From positions 4,928,001 to 4,992,000 of the forward strand of contig OY969474.1 of NCBI GenBank assembly GCA_963700145.1: a stretch of DNA of 64,000 nucleotides, in the 5' to 3' direction. This document shows, piece after piece, positions 49,839 through 58,201 of this stretch; position 1 is the stretch's first letter; the number at the start of each line of letters is the position of its first letter. A program made the position numbers and the translations under genes. Source of the stretch: an uncultured Acidobacteriota bacterium. GTDB taxonomy: Bacteria > Acidobacteriota > Thermoanaerobaculia > Multivoradales > UBA5704. A model generated the notes under the pieces. It saw only the letters and a list, made by a program, of their open reading frames with translations, was not told the origin of the DNA and made no database searches.

Positions 49839-51296
49839 CTATGGATGCGGCGCGAACACGGCATGGAAGCCGGGGGTGATCGGGGCGGCCAGCGGCAGGA
49901 CGGCGCGCGGTCCGGCGGCGAGGTCGAAGGCGTCGAAGACCAGCCAGGAGCTGGCGCGGCGCTCGGCATCGAAGAGGTGGCAGACGGCAACGCCGCGCAG
50001 CGAGCCGTCGTGCTCGGTTTCCGGTGCGAGTACCACGACCGGCTCGCTCGCCAGGTACCGTCCCGGCGGCGGCTGCCAGACGTCCTGGGTCTCCGGGTCC
50101 GCCCACGAGAGGCGCACGAGCTGGTCGAAGAACTTGCGCCCCGGCCGGCCGGTGGCGGCGATGCCGAGGAGCCAGAGGTCGTCGCACGGTCGCTCCGCCA
50201 GGCGGAGGTCGATCGACGGGAAGTCCGGCGCGTTGCCGTAGGGCAGCTCGCGCCGCTCGACGAGGGCGCCGGCCTCCAGGTCCACCACCAGCCGCACCGG
50301 CCACCCCTCCGCCACGTCGCGGAAGAGCTCGGGGACCGGCGCGTACTGGTCGTAGACCGGCCGCTCCAGCTCGAGCAGGTCGACGACCAGCCGCCCGCGC
50401 GCGTCCTCGAAGGCGTTTGCCGTGTGCAGGCAGTAGCGGCCGCCGAGCGGCAGCTCGGCCACCGCCTCCAGCGTGTCGCGCGCCACGACGAGCAGCCGGC
50501 TGCCGAGCTCCGGCCGCCAGTCGAGCGCCTCCAGCAGCGGCGCGCCGCCGGCGAGGGCGGCCATGTCGAGCAGGTAGGGCGAGAGGTAGAAGACGGCGTA
50601 TCGCGGCGCCAGGGCGAAGTCGTGGAGCGAGCACGGGTACGGCAGCGGCAGCCGCTTGCGCGCCGCCAGCTTGCCGCCGGCGGTGCAGCGGTAGACGTTG
50701 AGCGCCGGCTCGGCGCCGGCGAAGGAGACGCCGAAGTTCCACAGCTCGCCGGTCGCCGGGTCGAGCTTGGGGTGCGCCGAGAAGGGAGCGATCGGGCCGA
50801 GGCCACCGCCGAAGGTGTAGGGGCCGCGGGTCGCCAGCGTCTCCGGGTCGATCTCCCAGGGTAGCCCCTGCTCGCCGCAGGCGAGGAGCGTGCCGGCGTA
50901 GGGCAGCACGCTGACGTTGACCGGCGACTCCAGGGCGATGCCGCGCAGCAGCCGGTCGCCGGGGAAGGCGGTACCGAAGGCGCGAAAGAGCGCCCGCCCC
51001 GCCTCCTCCTCTGCCGTCCACTTGACGCTGCGCACGAAGCGGCAGGTGAAGCGGACGCCGTCCTCTCCGAAGCGTAGGGCCTCGACCAGCCCGTCGCCGT
51101 CGAGCCAGTGGCGGTAGCGCAGGCCGCCGCGCTCGAACCGCCCGGGGCCGTTGACGTAGAGCGTGCCGCGCAGCCAGTCGGGCAGCTCGCCGGCGACCGC
51201 GACCGCCTCGCTCCGCTCCTCGGGCAGGAAGTCGAAGGCGCGCTCGAGGTGGGGCGCGTAGTCCGCGTCCCCGGGCGCCCGCGCCGGCTCGCTCAT
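49839..51296 (-). CDS. carotenoid oxygenase (RPE65/CCD/lignostilbene dioxygenase) family protein
   Basis: LRGTLYVNGPG, HWLDGDG, four iron-ligand His (SAHPK, LHDF, LHTAN, GFHA) and SEPVV. Confidence 0.9.
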   Translation of the reverse strand: MSEPARAPGDADYAPHLERAFDFLPEERSEAVAVAGELPDWLRGTLYVNGPGRFERGGLRYRHWLDGDGLVEALRFGEDGVRFTCRFVRSVKWTAEEEAGRALFRAFGTAFPGDRLLRGIALESPVNVSVLPYAGTLLACGEQGLPWEIDPETLATRGPYTFGGGLGPIAPFSAHPKLDPATGELWNFGVSFAGAEPALNVYRCTAGGKLAARKRLPLPYPCSLHDFALAPRYAVFYLSPYLLDMAALAGGAPLLEALDWRPELGSRLLVVARDTLEAVAELPLGGRYCLHTANAFEDARGRLVVDLLELERPVYDQYAPVPELFRDVAEGWPVRLVVDLEAGALVERRELPYGNAPDFPSIDLRLAERPCDDLWLLGIAATGRPGRKFFDQLVRLSWADPETQDVWQPPPGRYLASEPVVVLAPETEHDGSLRGVAVCHLFDAERRASSWLVFDAFDLAAGPRAVLPLAAPITPGFHAVFAPHP

Positions 51297-53101
51297 CGCG
51301 CCGCCGCCGCGGCCTCCATCGTCTCCTCCGGCTCGACCTCCACGTCCTCGCCGGCGGGCCGCCGGAAGCGCGCCATGCAAGCGGGCTCGATCTGCCAGGG
51401 GGAATCGCCCGCCGGCAGGTCCTTGCAGGCCTGCCAGCGCGCTGCCATCGCCTCCGGGTCGAAGACCAGGTTCGCGACGTCGATGCCGCGCACGTACTCG
51501 GCGTGGTGGACCAGCCGCGGCTCGTCCAGCACGACGGCGGCGACGTGCGCGGCGACGAAGCGCGCCAGCTCCTCCAGGTTGCCGGTCTGCTCGTCGAGCA
51601 CGCGGAACGCTTCGTTGAAGTCGGCGCCCTGCCGGTAGAAGCAGTCGGCCGCGGCGCGGAGCTGCCAGGCCTCGGTGAACTCGAAGTAGACGGGCCCTTG
51701 CGGCGGCAGCATCCGCCGCTCCTTCTTCCAGTTGTAGAAGCCGACCAGCAGCGTGAGGACCCCGAGGTTGAGCGGCCCGAGGTGGCCGAAGCGCCGCAGG
51801 AAGCCGGGGAGGAACCGCTTGTCGGTGAAGAGGTCGTTGATGAAGGGGAAGACGAAGAAGGCGAAGTAGATCGTCAGCTCCCAGACGTAGCGCAGGGTGT
51901 AGCACTCCTGGTCCCCGAGCAGGTCCTGCGACACCGCGAAGCTCGGCACGTAGGCCTGGTAGACCGCGCGCGCCAGCCCCTCGTAGAGCGGGACCTTCTC
52001 CTCCAGCTCCTTGCGGTCCGCGGTCAGGATGGCGTCCGAGACGATCGTGTTGTAGATCGAGATCAGGTCGCCGCCGGGGCTGTAGAGGGGGTCGGTGAAG
52101 CGGCAGGCCTCGCCGGTCATCGACCAGCCGGCCGCCGAGAGCGTCTCCGCGCAGTCGTGGGCGAAGTCGGCGAAGCCCGAGTGGTAGATGACCTTCCGCT
52201 GTGGCAGGTCGCGGGCGAACATCGGGATGTTGCGGCACACCCAGTCGATCAGCTTGTCGGCGGTGTTGACCTCTTTCCACGGCACGCGCTCGGTGTCGAA
52301 GACCAGCCCCAGGCTGGTCTTGCCGTGCAGCGGGATCTCCCAGAACCAGTAGCCCTCGCCGCAGAAGTGGTTGGTGGCGAGGAACGTCGGGACGTGCCCC
52401 AGATTGTGGCGGTCCTTGCGCTTGCGGATGCCGGCCGCGTCGAGGTCGGTCAGCTTCTCGGGGTCGAGCAGCCCCTCCACCCAGAGGAACGAAGAGCCGT
52501 GGCGGATCGGGCTCTTGCGCATCAGCCCCCTGCGCTTGGCGAGCAGGCGGCCGCGGCCGCTGTTGTCGGCCACCCAGCGCGCGCGGCCGGCGATCGGGCC
52601 GTCGGGGGTCTGGACGCGGAAGGGGTGCGGGCCCTGCTCCTCCTGCAGCTCCAGCTCGATGTTCGTCGCCTCGGTCACCAGCCGGAAGCTCGGGTGCTCC
52701 TGGTTGACGCGCAGCACCTCGGCCTCGAAGGCGTTGCGGTCGAGCTGGTAGGTGACGATGTTCGACAGGTGCCGGATGTAGGACTGGCTCTGCTCCTCCC
52801 AGCGCGTGGCGCCGCCCGGCGGCTGCCAGTAGAAGCGCAGGTTGTACTTCATGTAGTGGTGGCGGAGGAGGTGCTCCTCGAGCTCCAGCACGCGCGCGTA
52901 GTAGTAGCCGGAGACCTGCACCGTGGCCTCCCCCACCTTCTGCTCCAGCGGCGGCACGACCGCCCGCCGGTCGAGCATCAGGATGCGCATCTCGGGGCGC
53001 TTCAAGAGGAGCTGGCGCGCCAGCGTCAGGCCGGCCAGGCCGGCGCCGATCACCAGCACGTCGTAGTCCTCGACCCGGGTTTGCTGCCGCGTCTCATCCA
53101 T
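51293..53101 (-). CDS. flavin-dependent halogenase-like protein
   Basis: GAGLAG, KVGEAT, MKYNLRF, WFWEIP (WxWxIP) and FTDPLYSPG. Confidence 0.8.
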   Translation of the reverse strand: MDETRQQTRVEDYDVLVIGAGLAGLTLARQLLLKRPEMRILMLDRRAVVPPLEQKVGEATVQVSGYYYARVLELEEHLLRHHYMKYNLRFYWQPPGGATRWEEQSQSYIRHLSNIVTYQLDRNAFEAEVLRVNQEHPSFRLVTEATNIELELQEEQGPHPFRVQTPDGPIAGRARWVADNSGRGRLLAKRRGLMRKSPIRHGSSFLWVEGLLDPEKLTDLDAAGIRKRKDRHNLGHVPTFLATNHFCGEGYWFWEIPLHGKTSLGLVFDTERVPWKEVNTADKLIDWVCRNIPMFARDLPQRKVIYHSGFADFAHDCAETLSAAGWSMTGEACRFTDPLYSPGGDLISIYNTIVSDAILTADRKELEEKVPLYEGLARAVYQAYVPSFAVSQDLLGDQECYTLRYVWELTIYFAFFVFPFINDLFTDKRFLPGFLRRFGHLGPLNLGVLTLLVGFYNWKKERRMLPPQGPVYFEFTEAWQLRAAADCFYRQGADFNEAFRVLDEQTGNLEELARFVAAHVAAVVLDEPRLVHHAEYVRGIDVANLVFDPEAMAARWQACKDLPAGDSPWQIEPACMARFRRPAGEDVEVEPEETMEAAAAAR

Positions 53102-54332
53102 CGCTGCCTCCCTCCGGCCGGTTGCGGCCGTACTCCTCGTGCGCGCCCACGAACTCCCCGGAGGCGAGCGCCGCGGCGAGCGACAGCTCGCCGGCCAGCA
53201 GGGTCGCGGCGACGATCTCGGCCAGCTTGCACGCGCCACCGGCACCGGCGCAGCCCAGCAGCTCCAGGCACTCGCGGGCCGTGCCCTCGCCGGTGCCGCC
53301 GCCGACGGTGCCGACGGTGAGCGCCGGCAGCACCACGCTGGCGTAGAGGTCTCCGGCCTCCGTCAGCTCGAGCTGGGTCGTGCCGACCGCGGCGTTGGCG
53401 AGGTTCGCCACGTCCTGGCCGCAGGCGATGAAGATCGCGGCCAGACCGTTGGCGAAGTGACCGTTGTAGCCGACCACGCCCGCCTGCAGGTTGCCGACCA
53501 GCGTCGTGCGCCAGAGCTGCACCAGCCGCCGCGGCTCGCTGTTGAGGTAGGCGCGCACCAGCCGGCCCGGCAGGTGCGCCCCCGCCATCACCGTCTTCCC
53601 CTTGCCGCCGGCGAGGAGCGAGGCGCCGGCGTGCTTCTCCGACTCCATGCCGCTGAACAGCAGGTAGTCGCGCGCCAGCCCCTTGGCGACGATCCAGCGG
53701 CAGGCGCGGTCGGCGGCCTTCGCGATCATGTTCATGCCGTGCGCGTCGCCGGTCGAGAAGCAGAAGTGCACCATCACCTCGCGCCCCACGGCCCGCGGCT
53801 CGAGGCGCAGCAGGCGGCCGTGGCGGGTCGTCGCCTCGGCCTCGGCGCGGATCTCGGGCAGCAGCTCCTGGAGCCGGAGGCAGAGGTCGGCGGCCTGCCC
53901 GACGTCGTCGAGGAAGAAGACGGGCGAGATGCGGTTCTCGTCGCGGGTGACGCGGGCGGCGACGCCGCCGGCGCGGCTGAGCAGCACCATGCCGCGCTCG
54001 TAGGAGCGGACCAGCGCGCCTTCGGTCGTGGCGAAGGGGACGTAGAAGACGCCGCGGGCGTGGTCGCCGTTGACCAGCAACGGCCCGGCCAGGCCGAGCG
54101 GCACCTGCGCGGCGCCGATCGGGTTCTCGACGTTGCCGCGCATCGCGCGGCCGTCGATCGAGTGCGCGCCGACGTGCGCCAGGGGGACGCCGCACCGCTC
54201 CTCGATCCAGCGGCGGCGCGCGGCGATCTGCTCCGGCTCGTACCCCTGCTCCGCGAAGCGCGGCACCAGGTCGGCGCGAGCGGCGTCCGGCTCCAGCGGA
54301 ACGGCGTGCGGGCGCGGCGACGGCGGCGCCAT
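53094..54332 (-). CDS. HMG-CoA reductase-like protein, copy 2
   Basis: NVENPIG, ATTEG, DAHGMNM, GQDVA and LAGELS. Colinear with copy 1. Confidence 0.88.
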   Translation of the reverse strand: MAPPSPRPHAVPLEPDAARADLVPRFAEQGYEPEQIAARRRWIEERCGVPLAHVGAHSIDGRAMRGNVENPIGAAQVPLGLAGPLLVNGDHARGVFYVPFATTEGALVRSYERGMVLLSRAGGVAARVTRDENRISPVFFLDDVGQAADLCLRLQELLPEIRAEAEATTRHGRLLRLEPRAVGREVMVHFCFSTGDAHGMNMIAKAADRACRWIVAKGLARDYLLFSGMESEKHAGASLLAGGKGKTVMAGAHLPGRLVRAYLNSEPRRLVQLWRTTLVGNLQAGVVGYNGHFANGLAAIFIACGQDVANLANAAVGTTQLELTEAGDLYASVVLPALTVGTVGGGTGEGTARECLELLGCAGAGGACKLAEIVAATLLAGELSLAAALASGEFVGAHEEYGRNRPEGGSDG

Positions 54333-55552
54333 CAGGCCGGCCCCGCGAAGACGACGGCGCAGCAGTGGCCGTCCCAGCCGACACCGCTGGCGAGCGCGCG
54401 GCGGGCCGCGACCGGGCGGGCGGCGGCGGCGAGGCCGCCGAGCGCGCAGCCGTCCTCGGTCGCTTCGAGCCCGGCGACGCCGGGCAGCTCACCGGTGCGG
54501 AAGGTCTCGAGCAGCGCCACCGCCTGGAAGCCGCCCGAGGCGCCGAGCGCCTCGCCGAGCGCGCCCTTGACCGCGGTCACCGGCACCGCCGCGGCCGCGC
54601 GGCCGAGCGCCGCCGCCAGCCCCGCCGCCTCGGCGCGGTCGCCCTCCGGGCTGCCGTTGGCCGCCGCGGAGACGCAGTCGATCTCCTCCGCCGCGAGGCC
54701 GGCCTGCCCGAGCGCCAGGCCGACGGCGCGCGCCACCGCGCCGGCGCGGGCGGCGGGAGAGGGGGCGAAGGCCTGGCCGTGCGCCACCACCTCGGCCAGC
54801 ACGGTCGCGCCGCGCGCCGCCGCCGACTCGGCGTCCTCCAGCATCAGCAGGGCCGCGCCCTCGGAGAGGGCGAAGCCGTTGCGCCGCCGGTCGAAGGGGA
54901 CCGGCCGCTCGGCGCCGTCGGGCCGCGGTCCGCAGAGGCGCCCGGCGCGGAAGCAGCCGAGGAACGACTCGAAGCACAGCTCCTCGGCGCCGCCGGCCAG
55001 CAGCGCGTCGGCGCGGCCGCCGGCGATCAGGTCGGCGGCGTGGGCGATCGCCATGAGCCCCGAGGCCTCGCCGCCGGAGAGCGTCGAGTTGACGCCGCGC
55101 AAGCGGTGCCAGATCGCGGCCTGCCCGGCGGCGGCGTTGATGACGCTGTTGGCGAAGTCCATCGGGCTGGCGTACCCCGGCCCCAGCTGCTGCCCGCGCC
55201 GGTCGAACTCCGCGATCGTCCGCACACTGCAGAAGGTGGTGCCCAGGACCAGCCCCACCTCGCGCTCGTCCAGCCGCTCGGGCGTCCAGCCGGCCGACGC
55301 CAGCGCCTGCCCGGCCGCCACGAGCAGCAGCCGCGAGGTGCGGTCGACGGGCCGCAGGTTCCGGTCGCCGAGGTAGGCGCGGGCGTCGAACGGGCGGATC
55401 TCCCCGGCCCGCACGGCCCCCAGGCCGTTGGTCGGAAAGAGCTCCACCGGCTTGAGCGCGCTCTCCCCGGCGCACAGCGCCGCGTGCAGGGCGGAAGGAG
55501 AATCGCCGAGTGGGGAAATAACCCCGGCGCCCGTGACCACGACCCTCCTCAC
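54332..55552 (-). CDS. ketosynthase-like protein lacking the catalytic triad (chain-length-factor-like)
   Basis: KS fold (RRVVVTGAG, PFDRRRNG..EGA), but Cys is Glu (SGGEAS), HGTGT is AANGS and GH is GE. Confidence 0.85.
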   Translation of the reverse strand: MRRVVVTGAGVISPLGDSPSALHAALCAGESALKPVELFPTNGLGAVRAGEIRPFDARAYLGDRNLRPVDRTSRLLLVAAGQALASAGWTPERLDEREVGLVLGTTFCSVRTIAEFDRRGQQLGPGYASPMDFANSVINAAAGQAAIWHRLRGVNSTLSGGEASGLMAIAHAADLIAGGRADALLAGGAEELCFESFLGCFRAGRLCGPRPDGAERPVPFDRRRNGFALSEGAALLMLEDAESAAARGATVLAEVVAHGQAFAPSPAARAGAVARAVGLALGQAGLAAEEIDCVSAAANGSPEGDRAEAAGLAAALGRAAAAVPVTAVKGALGEALGASGGFQAVALLETFRTGELPGVAGLEATEDGCALGGLAAAARPVAARRALASGVGWDGHCCAVVFAGPA

Positions 55553-55569
55553 AGGTCAACCCCCTGCAT

Positions 55570-55747
55570 TGTCATCCTGAGCGAGAGCGAACCCGAATTC
55601 CGGTCAGTGCCTGCTCCGGCAGGCGACCGCTCGGGTAGCGGAGCCCATGAGTGGGCTCCGCAAGGATCTGGGCGGGGGGCGGCGCACAGACGCAGCGATC
55701 TCGCGCCACCCTGCCCCCCAGATCCCTCGCTCTCGCTCGGGATGACA
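55570..55747. repeat. palindromic REP/MITE-like element
   Basis: 21-bp terminal inverted repeat tgtcatcctgagcgagagcga / tcgctctcgctcgggatgaca (one mismatch). Inner hairpin gcggagccca-tgag-tgggctccgc. Confidence 0.75.
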
Positions 55748-55766
55748 GGCAGTCGCGTATCGCCGT

Positions 55767-56984
55767 TCACAGCTCGCAGCTCCGGAAGATCACCGACGCA
55801 TTATTCCCCCCGAAGGCGTAGGCGTTGTTCATCGTCACCCGCACGTCCAGCTTTCGCGCCGCGTTCGGCACCACGTCCAGATCGCACTCCGGGTCCGGCT
55901 CCTCGTAGTTCATCGTCGGCGGCACCCGGCCCGTCGCGATCGCCAACGCGCACACTACCGACTCGATCGCCGACGCCGCCCCCATCGTGTGGCCCAGCAT
56001 CGACTTCACCGAGCTCATCGGCGGCACCCCACCCTCACCAAACACCCGCTGCACCGCGATCGTCTCCAACCGATCGTTCGTCGGCGTCCCCGTGCCGTGC
56101 GCGCTGATGTAGCTCACCTCGTCCGGCGCCACCCCCGCGTCCGCCAGCGCCCGCTCCATCGCCCGCGCCGCTCCGTCACCCTCCGGGTGCGCCGCCGTCA
56201 TGTGGTGCGCGTCGCACGACAGGCCATACCCCGCCACCTCGGCGTAGATCCGCGCTCCCCGCCCGACCGCCCGCTCCAAGGGCTCCAGCACCAGGACCGC
56301 CGCTCCTTCCCCAGGGATCATCCCCTTCCGGTTCTTGTCGAACGGCCGGCAGAGGTCCGGGGCGATCGCCCCGAGACGGAAAAAGCCCGTGTAGGTGATC
56401 CGCGAGAAGGCGTCCGCGCCGCCGGCCAGCATCAGGTCCGCGCGCCCGGCCCGCAGCACGTCCAAGGCGTGCGCCACCGCGTAGTTGCCCGCCGCGCAGG
56501 CCGCCGGGATCATCGTGTTGACCCCGCCGAACCCCAGCTCCTGGCCGACGTGCGCCGCGATCATGTGGCAGGGGTAGAGGCCCATGAACTCCGGACCCAC
56601 TTGGTCCAGCTCGCCGGCGAGATAGCGGTCGTCGAAGCGCTCGACCTCCACCGGCTCGCCCGAGGTCGTCCCCATCGAGACCCCGGCGCGCTCGGGCTCC
56701 ACCGCCTCGGCCTCCAGACCGGCGTCGGCCAGCGCCATTCGCGCCGCCGCCACCGCGAATTGCGAGGCCCGTCCCAGCGCCGCGGGGTCGAGCGTGCGCA
56801 CCCACGCCGCCGGCTCGAAGCCGCGCACCTCGGCGCCGAGGTGGACGTTGAACCGCCCGGTGTCGAAGGACTCGACCGGCGTGAAGCCGCTGCGCCCCGC
56901 CAGCAGCCCCGACCACAGCTCGTCCGCCCCCGTGCCGACCGGCGTCACCGCCCCGAGGCCGGTGACGACGATCCGCCGCTTCAT
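55767..56984 (-). CDS. beta-ketoacyl-ACP synthase II-like ketosynthase (FabF family)
   Basis: Cys-His-His triad intact: PAACAAG, SAHGTGT and LGHTMGA, plus AFGGNN. Confidence 0.93.
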   Translation of the reverse strand: MKRRIVVTGLGAVTPVGTGADELWSGLLAGRSGFTPVESFDTGRFNVHLGAEVRGFEPAAWVRTLDPAALGRASQFAVAAARMALADAGLEAEAVEPERAGVSMGTTSGEPVEVERFDDRYLAGELDQVGPEFMGLYPCHMIAAHVGQELGFGGVNTMIPAACAAGNYAVAHALDVLRAGRADLMLAGGADAFSRITYTGFFRLGAIAPDLCRPFDKNRKGMIPGEGAAVLVLEPLERAVGRGARIYAEVAGYGLSCDAHHMTAAHPEGDGAARAMERALADAGVAPDEVSYISAHGTGTPTNDRLETIAVQRVFGEGGVPPMSSVKSMLGHTMGAASAIESVVCALAIATGRVPPTMNYEEPDPECDLDVVPNAARKLDVRVTMNNAYAFGGNNASVIFRSCEL

Positions 56985-57268
56985 GCCGAGGCCGCCTGCG
57001 CTCCCACGGCCAGCTCCTCGAGGCGCTCGCTGACGAGGGCGACCATGTCGGGGATGCTGCGGACCTCCTTGAAGCGCTCGTCGGGGAGACCGAGCTGGAA
57101 GGCGTAGTCGACGTCGACCCCGATCTCGAGCAGCGACAGCGAGTCGAGGTGCAGGTCCTCCCGCAGGGACGCCTCGTCGCCGATCCGTTCGACGTCGAGC
57201 CCGGCCACGTGTGCGATGACGTCCTTGATGCGGTCCCGGATGGCCGCTTCGTCCGTGCGATGGTCCAT
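56981..57268 (-). CDS. acyl carrier protein, copy 2
   Basis: EDLHLDSLSLLEIGVDVDY with AGGAGG RBS. Stop overlaps the KS start. Confidence 0.92.
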   Translation of the reverse strand: MDHRTDEAAIRDRIKDVIAHVAGLDVERIGDEASLREDLHLDSLSLLEIGVDVDYAFQLGLPDERFKEVRSIPDMVALVSERLEELAVGAQAASA

Positions 57269-57487
57269 GCCCGTCCTCCTGGGATGTGTGAGCCGCGCTC
57301 TCGAAATCAAAAGAGGCGGCGATGTTAACCCGGCCCGTCGCGGGCCTCAAGCCGGCGCGTGCGGCAGTCCGCCGCAAACCGGTGCCTGCTTTGGCGTTGC
57401 GGGCGCCAATGCGTTACAGGCCGCGGCGCGGCAACGTGGCGCGGCAGCGCAAGAGAAAACCTTAACAATCGGAAGGACAGAATGCTC

Positions 57488-58201
57488 TTAAGGGCGCAAC
57501 TTGCGCGCGAGCGCGGCCGGCGCGGCGGCCAGCCAGACGAGTCCGGCGGCGAGCGCGCCCGCGGCCTCGACCGCCAGCGCCGCGAGCCAGAGGAGCGCCG
57601 CGGCGAGCCCCCAGAGCACCAGCCACGGCACGGCGAGGAGGCGCCCGCCGGCGGGGAGCGCCGCGGCGAGACTGGCGAGGACGCCGGGGCCGCTCGTCTC
57701 GACCGGCCCGCACCCCTCCTCGCCGCCGCATTCGTAGCGGCTCTCCGGCGCGCCGGCGACGGCATACGCCGCCTCTTCCATCGGATGGCCGCGGTAGCGG
57801 AAGCGGCACGCCGCGGCGTGCGCCAGGTAGAGGGGGATGAACGGCCGCAGGAGGCCCGGGCCGCGCCCGCTCTCCTGCATCTGCAGGGCGTGGAAGGCCT
57901 CGTGCAGCAGGAGGCTCCTGCCGCCGTGCGACTCTGGGTCCCAGGCGCGCGGGTGGACGTAGATGCGGGCGCGGCGCAGCGACAGCGTCGCCGGCAGCGT
58001 GATGCCGCTGTGCCGCAGGCCCCGCAGCAGGTGCGGGAAGCCGCGGTGGAAGGTGACGGCCGAGAGGTCGAGCGTCGGGTAGACGCGGGCGAGCAGGGCC
58101 AGCAGCTCCGGCGGCGGCTCCGCCCGCTCGGGGAAGAACCAGCGCCAGACCGTAGCGCCCGGCCTACGTGCCGGGCGTTCCCCGGACGGAGGCGCGCTCA
58201 C
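57488..58201 (-). CDS. HExxH (DUF4157-like) membrane-anchored protein
   Basis: LLLHEAFHALQ..HPMEEAAY and a C-terminal hydrophobic tail. GTGA-coupled start. Confidence 0.65.
   Translation of the reverse strand: MSAPPSGERPARRPGATVWRWFFPERAEPPPELLALLARVYPTLDLSAVTFHRGFPHLLRGLRHSGITLPATLSLRRARIYVHPRAWDPESHGGRSLLLHEAFHALQMQESGRGPGLLRPFIPLYLAHAAACRFRYRGHPMEEAAYAVAGAPESRYECGGEEGCGPVETSGPGVLASLAAALPAGGRLLAVPWLVLWGLAAALLWLAALAVEAAGALAAGLVWLAAAPAALARKLRP

Noticed and set aside
47996-54332. Calling the reductases hmgA/mvaA of a mevalonate pathway
   Set aside because: No other mevalonate genes nearby, an altered substrate loop and an ACP context, so gene symbols were withheld.
55549-55770. 73-aa ORF as a functional protein
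   Set aside because: It is the translation of a palindromic repeat, reported only for its possible coupling role.
19246-57268. Enediyne gene cluster
   Set aside because: UnbV-like domains are present, but no iterative type I PksE, thioesterase or recognisable UnbL/UnbU.
57374-57388. Possible sigma54 promoter (GGCACCGGTTTGC, minus strand) upstream of ACP2
   Set aside because: GG-to-GC spacing is 9 nt rather than the required 10.
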